A DNA stretch of 24,000 nucleotides from Halobacteriales archaeon QS_4_69_31 (GTDB lineage Archaea; Halobacteriota; Halobacteria; Halobacteriales; Haloarculaceae). Positions 15,041 through 22,572 of the stretch are shown one piece after another; position 1 is the stretch's first letter; each line of letters begins with the position of its first letter. The translations under genes were made by a program, and so were the position numbers. A model generated the notes under the pieces. It ran no database searches and was not told the DNA's origin. It saw only the letters and a list, made by a program, of their open reading frames with translations. The stretch is taken from NCBI GenBank assembly GCA_003021655.1, contig PXRP01000048.1, positions 1-24,000 on the forward strand, read 5' to 3'.

Positions 15041-16393
15041 ATGCCGGAAGTTATCACAGAATATAACGAAGAGGGGGTCGACGAGTCGGTGCTGGGGGGC
15101 ACCGGAAGCGGCGGGCTACTCTCGGACGGTTACCTGCGCGAGGAGCCGCTCGGGTCCTACGTGGGAGACGATGAATCGGTCATATTCGTCCGTTCGAACG
15201 CCAAACACGGGCTGACCCGGAGTTCGCCTGACGGCGAGGAGCGCGAGCGTCTCGTCCCCGGCGACGGCTACCGTGCCTTCGCCGTCGCCACCGACACGCA
15301 CGTCCACTGTATCATCGGTGACAACGAAACGGGCACCGGACCGAACAGGAAGATATCCGTTCACCTTGCTGACATCGAGATCGTCGACGGCAGCGACCGG
15401 CTGCTGGTCAACGAGTTCGTGGTGTTGACGCGGGCCGACGTGCGCTGGCGGTTCCCGTCCGCGGAACCGGTCGGGGAACTGGTGGCGTACCTGACCGAGG
15501 CGACCGACGCCTGGAAGCAATTCGTGACGCGGCTCGAATCGGCCCGCAAGCACCTCGTCGAGGCCGAACAGCGCCGCGAGGCCCACGAGTACGACCGCGC
15601 CCTGGAGACCGTCGAGACGGCGAGCGACGAGACGGAAGCGGCCCGGGACCACGAGCGGGCGTTCGTCTCCGCGGGCGTCCCCGCGATGGGAGAGCGCATC
15701 GAGCGCACCGAGGTACGCGTCACCGAGACGCGGGTCCGGACGCTCGAGGGACGCGCCACGCACGCGCTGAACCGGGCGGAGCAACTGTGGCGCGGGGACG
15801 ACTTCGCGGGTGCCTACGAGCAGTTCCGTAGCGCACACGAGGACTACGTCACCGCCATCGCCGTCCAAGACACCGACTTCGAGGACTCGCTGGGTCTCAG
15901 GAAGAAGCTCGCGCGCGTCGAGCGGAACCTGGCGTCTCTCGAGCGCGCGCCCATCGAGCGCGGCGAGCAGGCTCGCGAGCGCGCCTACGAGGCCGATGAC
16001 CTGACCGAGCGGGCCGACGCGCTCGAACGCGCGCTCGGCCGGTTTCGCCAGGCACTCGAACTCGACTGGGGGAGCGACCACAAGCGCTTCGCCGTCGACA
16101 GGGCGGTGGCGCGAGAACGGGTCGACGCCGTCGCTTCCGAACTCGTCGAGACGCGCCGCCGGCTGGCCGCAACGCGGGTCCGCGACGGCGACGCCCACCG
16201 CGAGGCCGGCCGGGACGCCCGCGCCCGCGAGTGCTACCGCGAGGCCCGGACCCACCTGGAGTCGACGCTCGAGACCGCCCGCGAACTCGTCCCCGAGGAG
16301 ACCGAACCGCTGGAATCGCACCTCGAAGCCGTCGAGGCGAAGGTCCAGGAGGCCACCGCCGGCGACGTCCACGGCCCCGTCAGCGGCGATTGA
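15041..16393 (+). CDS. Uncharacterised acidic protein: an N-terminal beta-rich globular domain (PH/GRAM-like pattern) plus a roughly 300-aa Arg/Glu-rich helical-repeat C-terminus
   Basis: 450-aa ORF with an ATG start and acidic composition. The antisense ORF 15116..16450 is Arg/Gly/Pro-rich noise. No catalytic motif was recognised. Confidence 0.75.
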   Translation: MPEVITEYNEEGVDESVLGGTGSGGLLSDGYLREEPLGSYVGDDESVIFVRSNAKHGLTRSSPDGEERERLVPGDGYRAFAVATDTHVHCIIGDNETGTGPNRKISVHLADIEIVDGSDRLLVNEFVVLTRADVRWRFPSAEPVGELVAYLTEATDAWKQFVTRLESARKHLVEAEQRREAHEYDRALETVETASDETEAARDHERAFVSAGVPAMGERIERTEVRVTETRVRTLEGRATHALNRAEQLWRGDDFAGAYEQFRSAHEDYVTAIAVQDTDFEDSLGLRKKLARVERNLASLERAPIERGEQARERAYEADDLTERADALERALGRFRQALELDWGSDHKRFAVDRAVARERVDAVASELVETRRRLAATRVRDGDAHREAGRDARARECYREARTHLESTLETARELVPEETEPLESHLEAVEAKVQEATAGDVHGPVSGD

Positions 16394-16462
16394 GGCTCCC
16401 GCCGGGATGCCCGACCCCCTCCGGGGGCCGATCTGCGGCCGGACTGTCATGAAGGATCATGC

Positions 16463-16470
16463 TTTATATT
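16463..16470 (+). promoter_or_regulatory. TATA box (TTTATATT) for a leaderless zinc-ribbon micro-protein transcript
   Basis: It is centred about 27-28 nt upstream of the ATG at 16494, the geometry expected for haloarchaeal leaderless mRNAs. Confidence 0.45.
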
Positions 16471-16493
16471 CCTTAACCTCATAATACAGTATA

Positions 16494-16652
16494 ATGCCAC
16501 GCTGTCCCAAGTGTGACACGCGGATGAGCCACAACGACGAGACGACGAAACTGACGGAGTACGTCTGTTCGCGGTGTCACACCGTCGAGATCGTCAGGAA
16601 ACCGGCTTACCGCGTGACCGCCGACGCCCCCGCCGCGGCGGCCGACGACTGA
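16494..16652 (+). CDS. Small zinc-ribbon protein (52 aa, CPxC..CxxC)
   Basis: MPRCPKCDTRMSHNDETTKLTEYVCSRCHTVEIVRKPAYRVTADAPAAAADD* has two Cys pairs 17 residues apart. It has an ATG start and a well-placed TATA box. It is below the ORF track's size cutoff. Confidence 0.6.
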   Translation: MPRCPKCDTRMSHNDETTKLTEYVCSRCHTVEIVRKPAYRVTADAPAAAADD

Positions 16653-16912
16653 GCGCCCCTACCTCCCGTTCGGCTACCAGTTACTGGCGAAGTGACGCGG
16701 ATACTCAGACGTCCCCTCGCCGTAAAAATATCGGGGATCCATACGATACCGTCCTGCGTGGATATGGATGGAAACGTCACGAACAACGAGTATCCGGCAG
16801 CTGACCCCGCCGAGAACCGGACACGCGGCGGTCTCTCGCGCGACACTCTCGCTCGCCGGGGTCGGGCGGGCCGTGGCGACGGCGTGTCTCTGGAACGGCG
16901 GTAGGGCGTCGA

Positions 16913-18076
16913 TTATTCCACCTCGACCCACGCGCCCGTTTCGTCACTCCGTTCGATGGCGTCGAGGACCCGCTGGACCGCGAGGCCGTCGGCGAAACTC
17001 GGCTCGTGGCTCCCGCCGTCGGCGACCGCGCCGAGGAACTCGTAGTTCTCGTGGACGAAGGTGTGTTCCCAGCCGACGACGTGGCCCGGCGGCCACCAGT
17101 GGTCGACGTAGGGGTCCTCGGGGTCGGTCACCAGCACCGTCTCGAAGCCCCGCGAGTCCTCCCGCAGGAGTTCGAGTTCGTTCAGCCGTTCGAGGTCGAA
17201 CTTCAGCGCGCCCGTCGAGCCCTCGATTTCGACGGTGTGGGCGTTCTTGTGGCCGGTGGCGAAACGTGACGCCTCCAGCGTGCCGACCGCGCCCTCCGCG
17301 AACTCGACCTGTGCGCTGTAGGCGTCGTCGACGGTCACCGCGCGGTACTCGGTGGCGTCGCCGCTCTCGGCGTCCAGGGCCCCGTCGTCGCCGCCCGGCA
17401 CCGGGCGTTCGTCGACGAACGTGCGGAGGTGACCGCTGACGCGCTCGATGTCGCCGGCGCCGTCGGCGTCGCCGACCAGGAAGTGCAACAGGTCGACCGT
17501 GTGGGCGCCGAGGTCGCCCAGCGCGCCGCTGCCGGCCAGTTCGGCGTCGTTGCGCCAGGACCACGGCGCCTCGGGGTCGACGAGCCAGTCCTGGAGGTAC
17601 CGCCCGCGGACGTGGCGGACCTCCCCGAGGACGCCGTCGGCGATCAGATTCCGGGCGTACCGGATGGCGGGGATGAACCGGTAGTTGAAAGCGATCCCGG
17701 CGGGGACGCCCGCGTCGGCGGCCGCGTCGGCCATCCGCTGGGCCTCGTCGAGCGTGCGCGCGAGCGGTTTCTCGCAGAAGACCGGCGTCCCGGCCTCGAG
17801 GGCGGCTATCGAGGGCGCGGCGTGGACGTGGTTCGGGCCGAGGTTGTAGAAGACGTCCACGTCGTCGACGACTGCCTCCCAGTCGGTCGAGATGCGGTCG
17901 AAGCCCAGGCGGCCGGCGGCGTCGTCCAGCGCCGCCTCGTCGCGCCCGACCAGCACGTCGCGGTTGGCCGCCGGCGCGTCCGGGAAGAACATCGGGAGCC
18001 GCGCCAGCGCGTTCGAGTGGGCCTTGCCCATGAAACGATACCCCAGCATGCCGACGTCGAGTGTGTCGTCTGTCAT
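16913..18076 (-). CDS. Gfo/Idh/MocA-family NAD(P)-dependent oxidoreductase
   Basis: MTDDTLDVGMLGYRFMGKAHSNAL.. is an N-terminal Rossmann segment. The family motif PVFCEKPLA (EKP) is present. The ORF is acidic and 387 aa long. Confidence 0.9.
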   Translation of the reverse strand: MTDDTLDVGMLGYRFMGKAHSNALARLPMFFPDAPAANRDVLVGRDEAALDDAAGRLGFDRISTDWEAVVDDVDVFYNLGPNHVHAAPSIAALEAGTPVFCEKPLARTLDEAQRMADAAADAGVPAGIAFNYRFIPAIRYARNLIADGVLGEVRHVRGRYLQDWLVDPEAPWSWRNDAELAGSGALGDLGAHTVDLLHFLVGDADGAGDIERVSGHLRTFVDERPVPGGDDGALDAESGDATEYRAVTVDDAYSAQVEFAEGAVGTLEASRFATGHKNAHTVEIEGSTGALKFDLERLNELELLREDSRGFETVLVTDPEDPYVDHWWPPGHVVGWEHTFVHENYEFLGAVADGGSHEPSFADGLAVQRVLDAIERSDETGAWVEVE

Positions 18077-18106
18077 TGGTGGCTGTATCGAGGGTCGCAG
18101 CCGGTG

Positions 18107-19075
18107 TCAGGCCCAGTACGCCTCGCCGGGGGTCGTCTCGAAGACGGCCCGCGAGAGCACGTCGACGGCCTTCTCCAGCCCCTCGCGGGCGGAGGTCAGC
18201 GAGTCCTCGTGCTCGATCGAGAGGGCGCCGTCGTAGCCGACCATCCGCAGGGTGGAGACGACGTCCTTCCAGTGTTGTTCGCCGTGGCCGTAGCCGATAG
18301 AGCGGAACAGCCACGAGCGGTCGGGCTCGTCGGTGTAAGGCGCGGTGTCGAGATAGCCTTTCACGTCGGCGTTCGACTCGTACAGGCCCGTGTCCTTGGC
18401 GTGGAAGTGGTGGATCGCGCCGTGCTCGCCGAGGACGCGGATCGCCTCGGGCACGTCGATGCCCTGCCAGTAGAGGTGCGAGGGGTCGAAGTTCGCGCCG
18501 ACGTACTCGTTTGTCGCCTCGCGCAGGCGGAGCATGCTCGTCGGCTCGTAGACGAGCATGTTCGGGTGCATCTCGATGGCGATGTTCACGTTGTGGTCGG
18601 CCGCGTGGGCGGCCAGCTCCGACCACACCGGGATCCCGACCTCCTCCCACTGGTAGTCCAGCGCCTCGGCGTGTTCGGGCGGCCACGGCGCCGTGATCCA
18701 GTTGGGCACCTCGCCGGCCTCGCTGCCCGCGGGCAACCCCGAGAAGGTGTTGACGTTGTCGACGCCGAGCTGGTCGGCCAGGCGGACGGTCTCGCGGATC
18801 TCCGTCTGTGCGCGGGCGGCCCGCTCCTCGTCGGGGTGGAGGGGGTTGTTGTGCGTCGAGATGGCGCTGAGGTGCATGTCGTACTCGTCGAGGAGGCCCC
18901 GGAGGTCGGCCTGCGCGCCCTCGTCGTCGAGGTACTCCTCGCGTGGGAGGTGGTCCTCGCCGACGAACCCGCCACAGCCGAGTTCGACCGCCTCGACCCC
19001 GATGTCGTCGAGGTACGCGAGGGCGTCTTCGAGAGACTGGTCTGCCAGTGCAACAGTCAGGACACCGACCTTCAT
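18107..19075 (-). CDS. Sugar-phosphate isomerase/epimerase (xylose-isomerase-like TIM barrel)
   Basis: MKVGVLTVALADQSLEDALAYLDDIGVEAVELGCGGF.. with later IAIEMHP and ALSIEHED blocks typical of the AP-endonuclease-2/xylose-isomerase-like fold. The ATG at 19075 is preferred over the TTG at 19102. Only 30 nt separate it from the downstream oxidoreductase gene. Confidence 0.8.
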   Translation of the reverse strand: MKVGVLTVALADQSLEDALAYLDDIGVEAVELGCGGFVGEDHLPREEYLDDEGAQADLRGLLDEYDMHLSAISTHNNPLHPDEERAARAQTEIRETVRLADQLGVDNVNTFSGLPAGSEAGEVPNWITAPWPPEHAEALDYQWEEVGIPVWSELAAHAADHNVNIAIEMHPNMLVYEPTSMLRLREATNEYVGANFDPSHLYWQGIDVPEAIRVLGEHGAIHHFHAKDTGLYESNADVKGYLDTAPYTDEPDRSWLFRSIGYGHGEQHWKDVVSTLRMVGYDGALSIEHEDSLTSAREGLEKAVDVLSRAVFETTPGEAYWA

Positions 19076-19163
19076 ATCCGGACGCACGAAGAGTCGGCTC
19101 AAAAAGCTTGGCGCGCCGGAAACGTGGGAACGCGACAGCGCGCAGGACCGCGACGAGAACGGG

Positions 19164-20630
19164 TCAGTCGCCGGTCTCGTAGCGGTCGAACAGCGCCGAG
19201 AGCTGTTCGGCCCGCATGCTGAGCATCTTCACGTTGACGTACATCTCGCCCAGTGCGAGGCTCTGTTCCTCGGCGATGGCGGCGACGTGTTCGGCCTCCT
19301 CGACGTTCTCGCGGCTGGTCTCGGCGGCCTCGTCGGTGATGGAGGCGACCTCCTCGGCGGAGGCGGCCTGGTCGTCGGTGGCGTTGGAGATCTCCTTGAC
19401 GCCCGAGGAGGTCCGCTGGACGTGCTCCATGATAGATTCGAGTGCCTCCAGTCCCTCGCCGACGGTCTCTTTGCCCTCGGTGATCGTCGACTCCATCTCG
19501 GAGATCTCCGTGACGGTCTCGTCGGTCTGGTCCTGGATCTCGCCGATGAGCCGGCCGATCTCGTCGGTCGCCTCCTTGGTTTCCCCGGCCAGCGATTTCA
19601 CCTCGTCGGCGACGACGCCGAAGCCGTTGTTGTCGGCCCCGGCCGACGCGTGGGCGGCCTCGATCGAGGCGTTCAGCGCGAGGATGTTCGTCTGCTCGGC
19701 GATGTCCTCGATGATCCCGACGATCTGGCCGACCTCGTTCATGCGCTCGTCGAGTTCCTCGACAGTCTCGACGACCGACTCGATCCCCTCGACGGCCTCG
19801 TCCATCGTGTCCCTGGCCTCGCGGCCGGCCTCGATCCCCTCGACCGTCCGGCGCTCGGTCTGGTCGGCCATCTCCGAGACCTCGTCCGACGAGGCGGCTA
19901 TCTCCTCGACGGTAGCGGACATCCCGGACATCTCGTCGGAGATCCTGTTTATCTGCCGGTTCTGTTCCCGGAAGACGGTCGCGATCTCGTCGACGGTGCT
20001 GGCGACGCTCTCGCTGGATTCGGTGACCGCCTCGGTGGCCGTCGTCACCTGCTCGGAGGAGTCCGCCACCTCGTCGCTGAACTCGATGGCCGTCTCGATG
20101 GTCTGCTCGAGGGCCGCGGCCAGCCCGTTGAACTCCTCGGCGAGTTCGTTCAGCGCCGCCGAGGGGCCGTCGGCCGCGAGCCGCTGTGTCAGGTCGCCCT
20201 CGCCGGCCGCGTCGACCGTCGTCGAGAACGACGCGACCAGGTCGTCGTACTCCTCGACGGTCACCCCGTTGGCGGCCGCGAGGCCCCCGTCCGGGGCCGC
20301 GACCGTCGCCGACGCCGCGGCCGGGCGACGCCGCGCCGCCTCCAGGTCCGCCCTGACCTCGGCCAACTGCTCCCGGAGGGCCTCGCGGTCGGACCCGGCG
20401 GCCGCCAGCTCCGAACGGAGGGTCTCGCGCCGGCGCGACCGCGCTTCGAGCGCGTCGCCTAACGAGACGTACGCGTACACGCCGCCGCCGACCGCACAGA
20501 CGAGCCCCGCCGCCGCGAGTGCCGGCCACAGCCCCGGCGGCGCGAACGCGGCGAGTCCGACCTGATAGACCGCGTGAACGAACTGACCCCCGAGCGCGGC
20601 CCCAATCGGGCCGTCTAGGCTCTCTGCCAT
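19164..20630 (-). CDS. Methyl-accepting chemotaxis transducer (Htr-type) with an N-terminal two-helix TM hairpin and no extracellular domain
   Basis: It contains the highly conserved signalling hairpin IAEQTNILALNASIEAAHAG-like block (IAEQTNILALNASIEAAHASAG). A HAMP-like GDLTQRL..LNELAEEFNGLAAALE segment is present. The ATG at 20628-20630 gives MAESLDGPIGAALGGQFVHAVYQVGLAAFAPPGLWPALAAAGLVCAVGGGVYAYV. Confidence 0.9.
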   Translation of the reverse strand: MAESLDGPIGAALGGQFVHAVYQVGLAAFAPPGLWPALAAAGLVCAVGGGVYAYVSLGDALEARSRRRETLRSELAAAGSDREALREQLAEVRADLEAARRRPAAASATVAAPDGGLAAANGVTVEEYDDLVASFSTTVDAAGEGDLTQRLAADGPSAALNELAEEFNGLAAALEQTIETAIEFSDEVADSSEQVTTATEAVTESSESVASTVDEIATVFREQNRQINRISDEMSGMSATVEEIAASSDEVSEMADQTERRTVEGIEAGREARDTMDEAVEGIESVVETVEELDERMNEVGQIVGIIEDIAEQTNILALNASIEAAHASAGADNNGFGVVADEVKSLAGETKEATDEIGRLIGEIQDQTDETVTEISEMESTITEGKETVGEGLEALESIMEHVQRTSSGVKEISNATDDQAASAEEVASITDEAAETSRENVEEAEHVAAIAEEQSLALGEMYVNVKMLSMRAEQLSALFDRYETGD

Positions 20631-20653
20631 GGCACACCGTTGCGGCAATGCCC

Positions 20654-20661
20654 ATATAATT
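20654..20661 (-). promoter_or_regulatory. TATA box (AATTATAT on the minus strand) for a leaderless transducer transcript
   Basis: It is centred about 27-28 nt upstream of the ATG at 20630. Confidence 0.4.
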
Positions 20662-20857
20662 CCACTCCTGGCGGTACCAATTCTGAGAATCGGACCGTCG
20701 CCGTCCCCGGGCGGCCAGCGGTCGGGCACGCCCCACGCTGGCCCCGCCCGCTCGCGACTGCGCACGGAAGCGGGAGGGGTCGCTCCCGTCCCGACACCCT
20801 TAAGACGATGTACGGATTTGTTCACTGTACGACGAAACAGTTCATTGGTGATTCGGA

Positions 20858-21883
20858 ATGGAGGAATACATCGAACCCGTCACGCACGGGGAGGACCTGA
20901 CGCTGGCAGAGGCACGCGAGGCGGCGACGGCCGTCTTCGAGGACGCGACGGAGGCCCAGATAGGGGCCTTGCTCGCGGCGTTGCGCGCGAAAGGGGAGAC
21001 CGAAGCCGAGATCGCCGGCTTCGCCCAGGGGATGCGCGAGGCCGCACGCACCATCGAGCCCGACCGGAGCCCGCTGGTCGACACGTGTGGCACCGGCGGC
21101 GACGACTACGACACGATCAACGTCTCGACGACGAGCGCCATCGTCGCCGCGGGCGCGGGCGTCCCGGTCGCCAAGCACGGCAACTACTCCGTGTCGTCGT
21201 CCTCGGGGAGTTCGGACGTCCTCGAGGAGGTGGGGCTGGACATGGACACCGCCCCCGGGGCCGTCAAGGCGACCATCGACGAGGTCGGCATCGGCTACAT
21301 GCACGCGCCGGCGTTCCACCCGGCGATGAAGGCGGTCATCGGCCCGCGGCGGGAACTGGGGGTGCGGACTGTCTTCAACGTCCTCGGCCCGCTGACCAAC
21401 CCCGCGGGGGCCGACGCCCAGGTAATGGGCGTCTACGACCCCGACCTCGTGGGCCTGATCGGCCGCGCAGTCGCCGAGATGCCCGTCGACCACGCGCTCG
21501 TCGTCCACGGGTCGGGCATGGACGAGATCACCGTCCACGACGAGACGACCGTCGCCGAAATCGAGGGCGGGACGGTCACCGAGTACACGCTCACGCCCGA
21601 GGACCTGGGCCTGGAGACCCACCCGATCGAGGCCGTCGCCGGCGGCACGCCCGCCGAGAACGCCGCCGACCTCCGGGCTCTCGTCGAGGGCGACCTGACG
21701 GGCGCCAAGCGGGATATCATCCTCGCCAACGCCGGCGCGGCGGTCTACGTCGCCGGCGAGGCCGACTCGCTGACTGACGGCGTCGCCGCCGCCGCCGAGG
21801 CCATCGACTCGGGCGCCGCGGCGGAGAAACTCGCCGCGTTGCGGGAGGCCAGTCAGGCCACCGCCGCCGACGGGGGCGTATGA
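20858..21883 (+). CDS. trpD: Anthranilate phosphoribosyltransferase
   Basis: LLAALRAKGETEAEIAGFAQGMR..DTCGTGGDDYDTINVSTTSAIVAAGAGVPVAKHGN carries the TrpD signature GTGGD and KHGN motifs. Confidence 0.95.
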   Translation: MEEYIEPVTHGEDLTLAEAREAATAVFEDATEAQIGALLAALRAKGETEAEIAGFAQGMREAARTIEPDRSPLVDTCGTGGDDYDTINVSTTSAIVAAGAGVPVAKHGNYSVSSSSGSSDVLEEVGLDMDTAPGAVKATIDEVGIGYMHAPAFHPAMKAVIGPRRELGVRTVFNVLGPLTNPAGADAQVMGVYDPDLVGLIGRAVAEMPVDHALVVHGSGMDEITVHDETTVAEIEGGTVTEYTLTPEDLGLETHPIEAVAGGTPAENAADLRALVEGDLTGAKRDIILANAGAAVYVAGEADSLTDGVAAAAEAIDSGAAAEKLAALREASQATAADGGV

Positions 21884-22572
21884 GCGACGCGCGCCCGGAC
21901 GCCGCCCCCCGGAGCGGGACCGGCGGCGGTGTGCGCGTCAAGATCTGCGGTATCACGTCGGTCGAGGACCGCGACGCCGCGGTGGCGGCCGGCGCGGACG
22001 CGGTCGGCCTGGTCGCCGGCGTCACCGTCGACACCCCCCGGGAAGTCACCCTCGAAGAGGCGGCCGCGCTGGCGGCCGGCGTCCCGCCGCTCGTGACCTC
22101 GATGCTGGTGACGATGCCCGGGGACGCGACGACCGCGCGCGAGCGGGTCGAACGGGTCCGTCCCGGTGCCGTCCAGGTCCACGGTCTCGACCCCGAGGGC
22201 GTCGCGGCGCTGTCGGACGCTCCTGCGGGGGTCGTCGCCGCCGTCGACGCCGAGAGCGACGCGTCGACGCTGGCGGCCTACGGGCGGGCCGCCGACGCCG
22301 TCCTCGTCGACTCGGTCGACGACGAGGGCGGCGGCGGCACGGGCGAGACCCACGACTGGGAGCGCACCCGCGAGCGCGTCGCCGACCTCGACGTCCCGGT
22401 GATACTCGCGGGCGGACTCGCCCCCGACAACGTCGCGGAGGCGGTCGCGACCGTCGACCCCTTCGCCGTCGACGTCGCCAGCGGCGTCGAGTCCAGCGGC
22501 GGCGTCAAAGACCACGACGCCGTCCGGGCGTTCGTCCGCGCGGCCACCCGCCGCGAGGAGGTGGCACGGTGA
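21880..22572 (+). CDS. trpF: N-(5'-phosphoribosyl)anthranilate isomerase
   Basis: VRVKICGITSVEDRDAAVAAGADAVGLV.. and the C-terminal VILAGGLAPDNV..DVASGVES are TrpF patterns. There is an ATGA overlap with trpD at 21880-21883. Confidence 0.9.
   Translation: MSDARPDAAPRSGTGGGVRVKICGITSVEDRDAAVAAGADAVGLVAGVTVDTPREVTLEEAAALAAGVPPLVTSMLVTMPGDATTARERVERVRPGAVQVHGLDPEGVAALSDAPAGVVAAVDAESDASTLAAYGRAADAVLVDSVDDEGGGGTGETHDWERTRERVADLDVPVILAGGLAPDNVAEAVATVDPFAVDVASGVESSGGVKDHDAVRAFVRAATRREEVAR

Noticed and set aside
15116-16450. 444-aa minus ORF antisense to the 450-aa hypothetical gene
   Set aside because: It is Gly/Arg/Pro/Val-rich shadow ORF sequence, whereas the plus-strand product is acidic and starts at an ATG downstream of a TATA-like element.
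16653-16912. Short ORFs between the zinc-ribbon gene and the oxidoreductase gene: 16674..16931 (-), 16692..16904 (+), and a 22-codon ATG ORF MDPRYFYGEGTSEYPRHFASNW on the minus strand
   Set aside because: They have no motif, no convincing promoter geometry, and unconvincing composition. They cannot be supported from sequence alone.
16944-19222. Long ORFs 16944..18686 (-), 17429..19222 (+) and 16768..17439 (+)
   Set aside because: They are Arg/Pro/Gly-rich shadows of the Gfo/Idh/MocA and TIM-barrel isomerase genes.
18693-20825. ORFs 18693..20462 (+), 19099..20736 (-) and 19216..20565 (+), and the 65-aa N-terminal extension of the transducer ORF to 20825
   Set aside because: These are shadow frames of the highly repetitive coiled-coil transducer gene. 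The extension is Arg/Pro-rich and would run through the TATA box at 20654-20661. The ATG at 20630 starts right at the TM hairpin.
19164-20857. Looked for a sensory rhodopsin or binding-protein partner gene next to the hairpin-only transducer
   Set aside because: There is no seven-TM opsin-like ORF or lipoprotein gene on either side. The flanks are trpD and a sugar isomerase.
20629-21777. 382-aa plus ORF and 266-aa minus ORF (20822..21622) overlapping trpD, and the 498-aa minus ORF 22278..23774 antisense to trpF/trpE
   Set aside because: They are Arg/Gly-rich. The trpD, trpF and trpE frames carry signature motifs.
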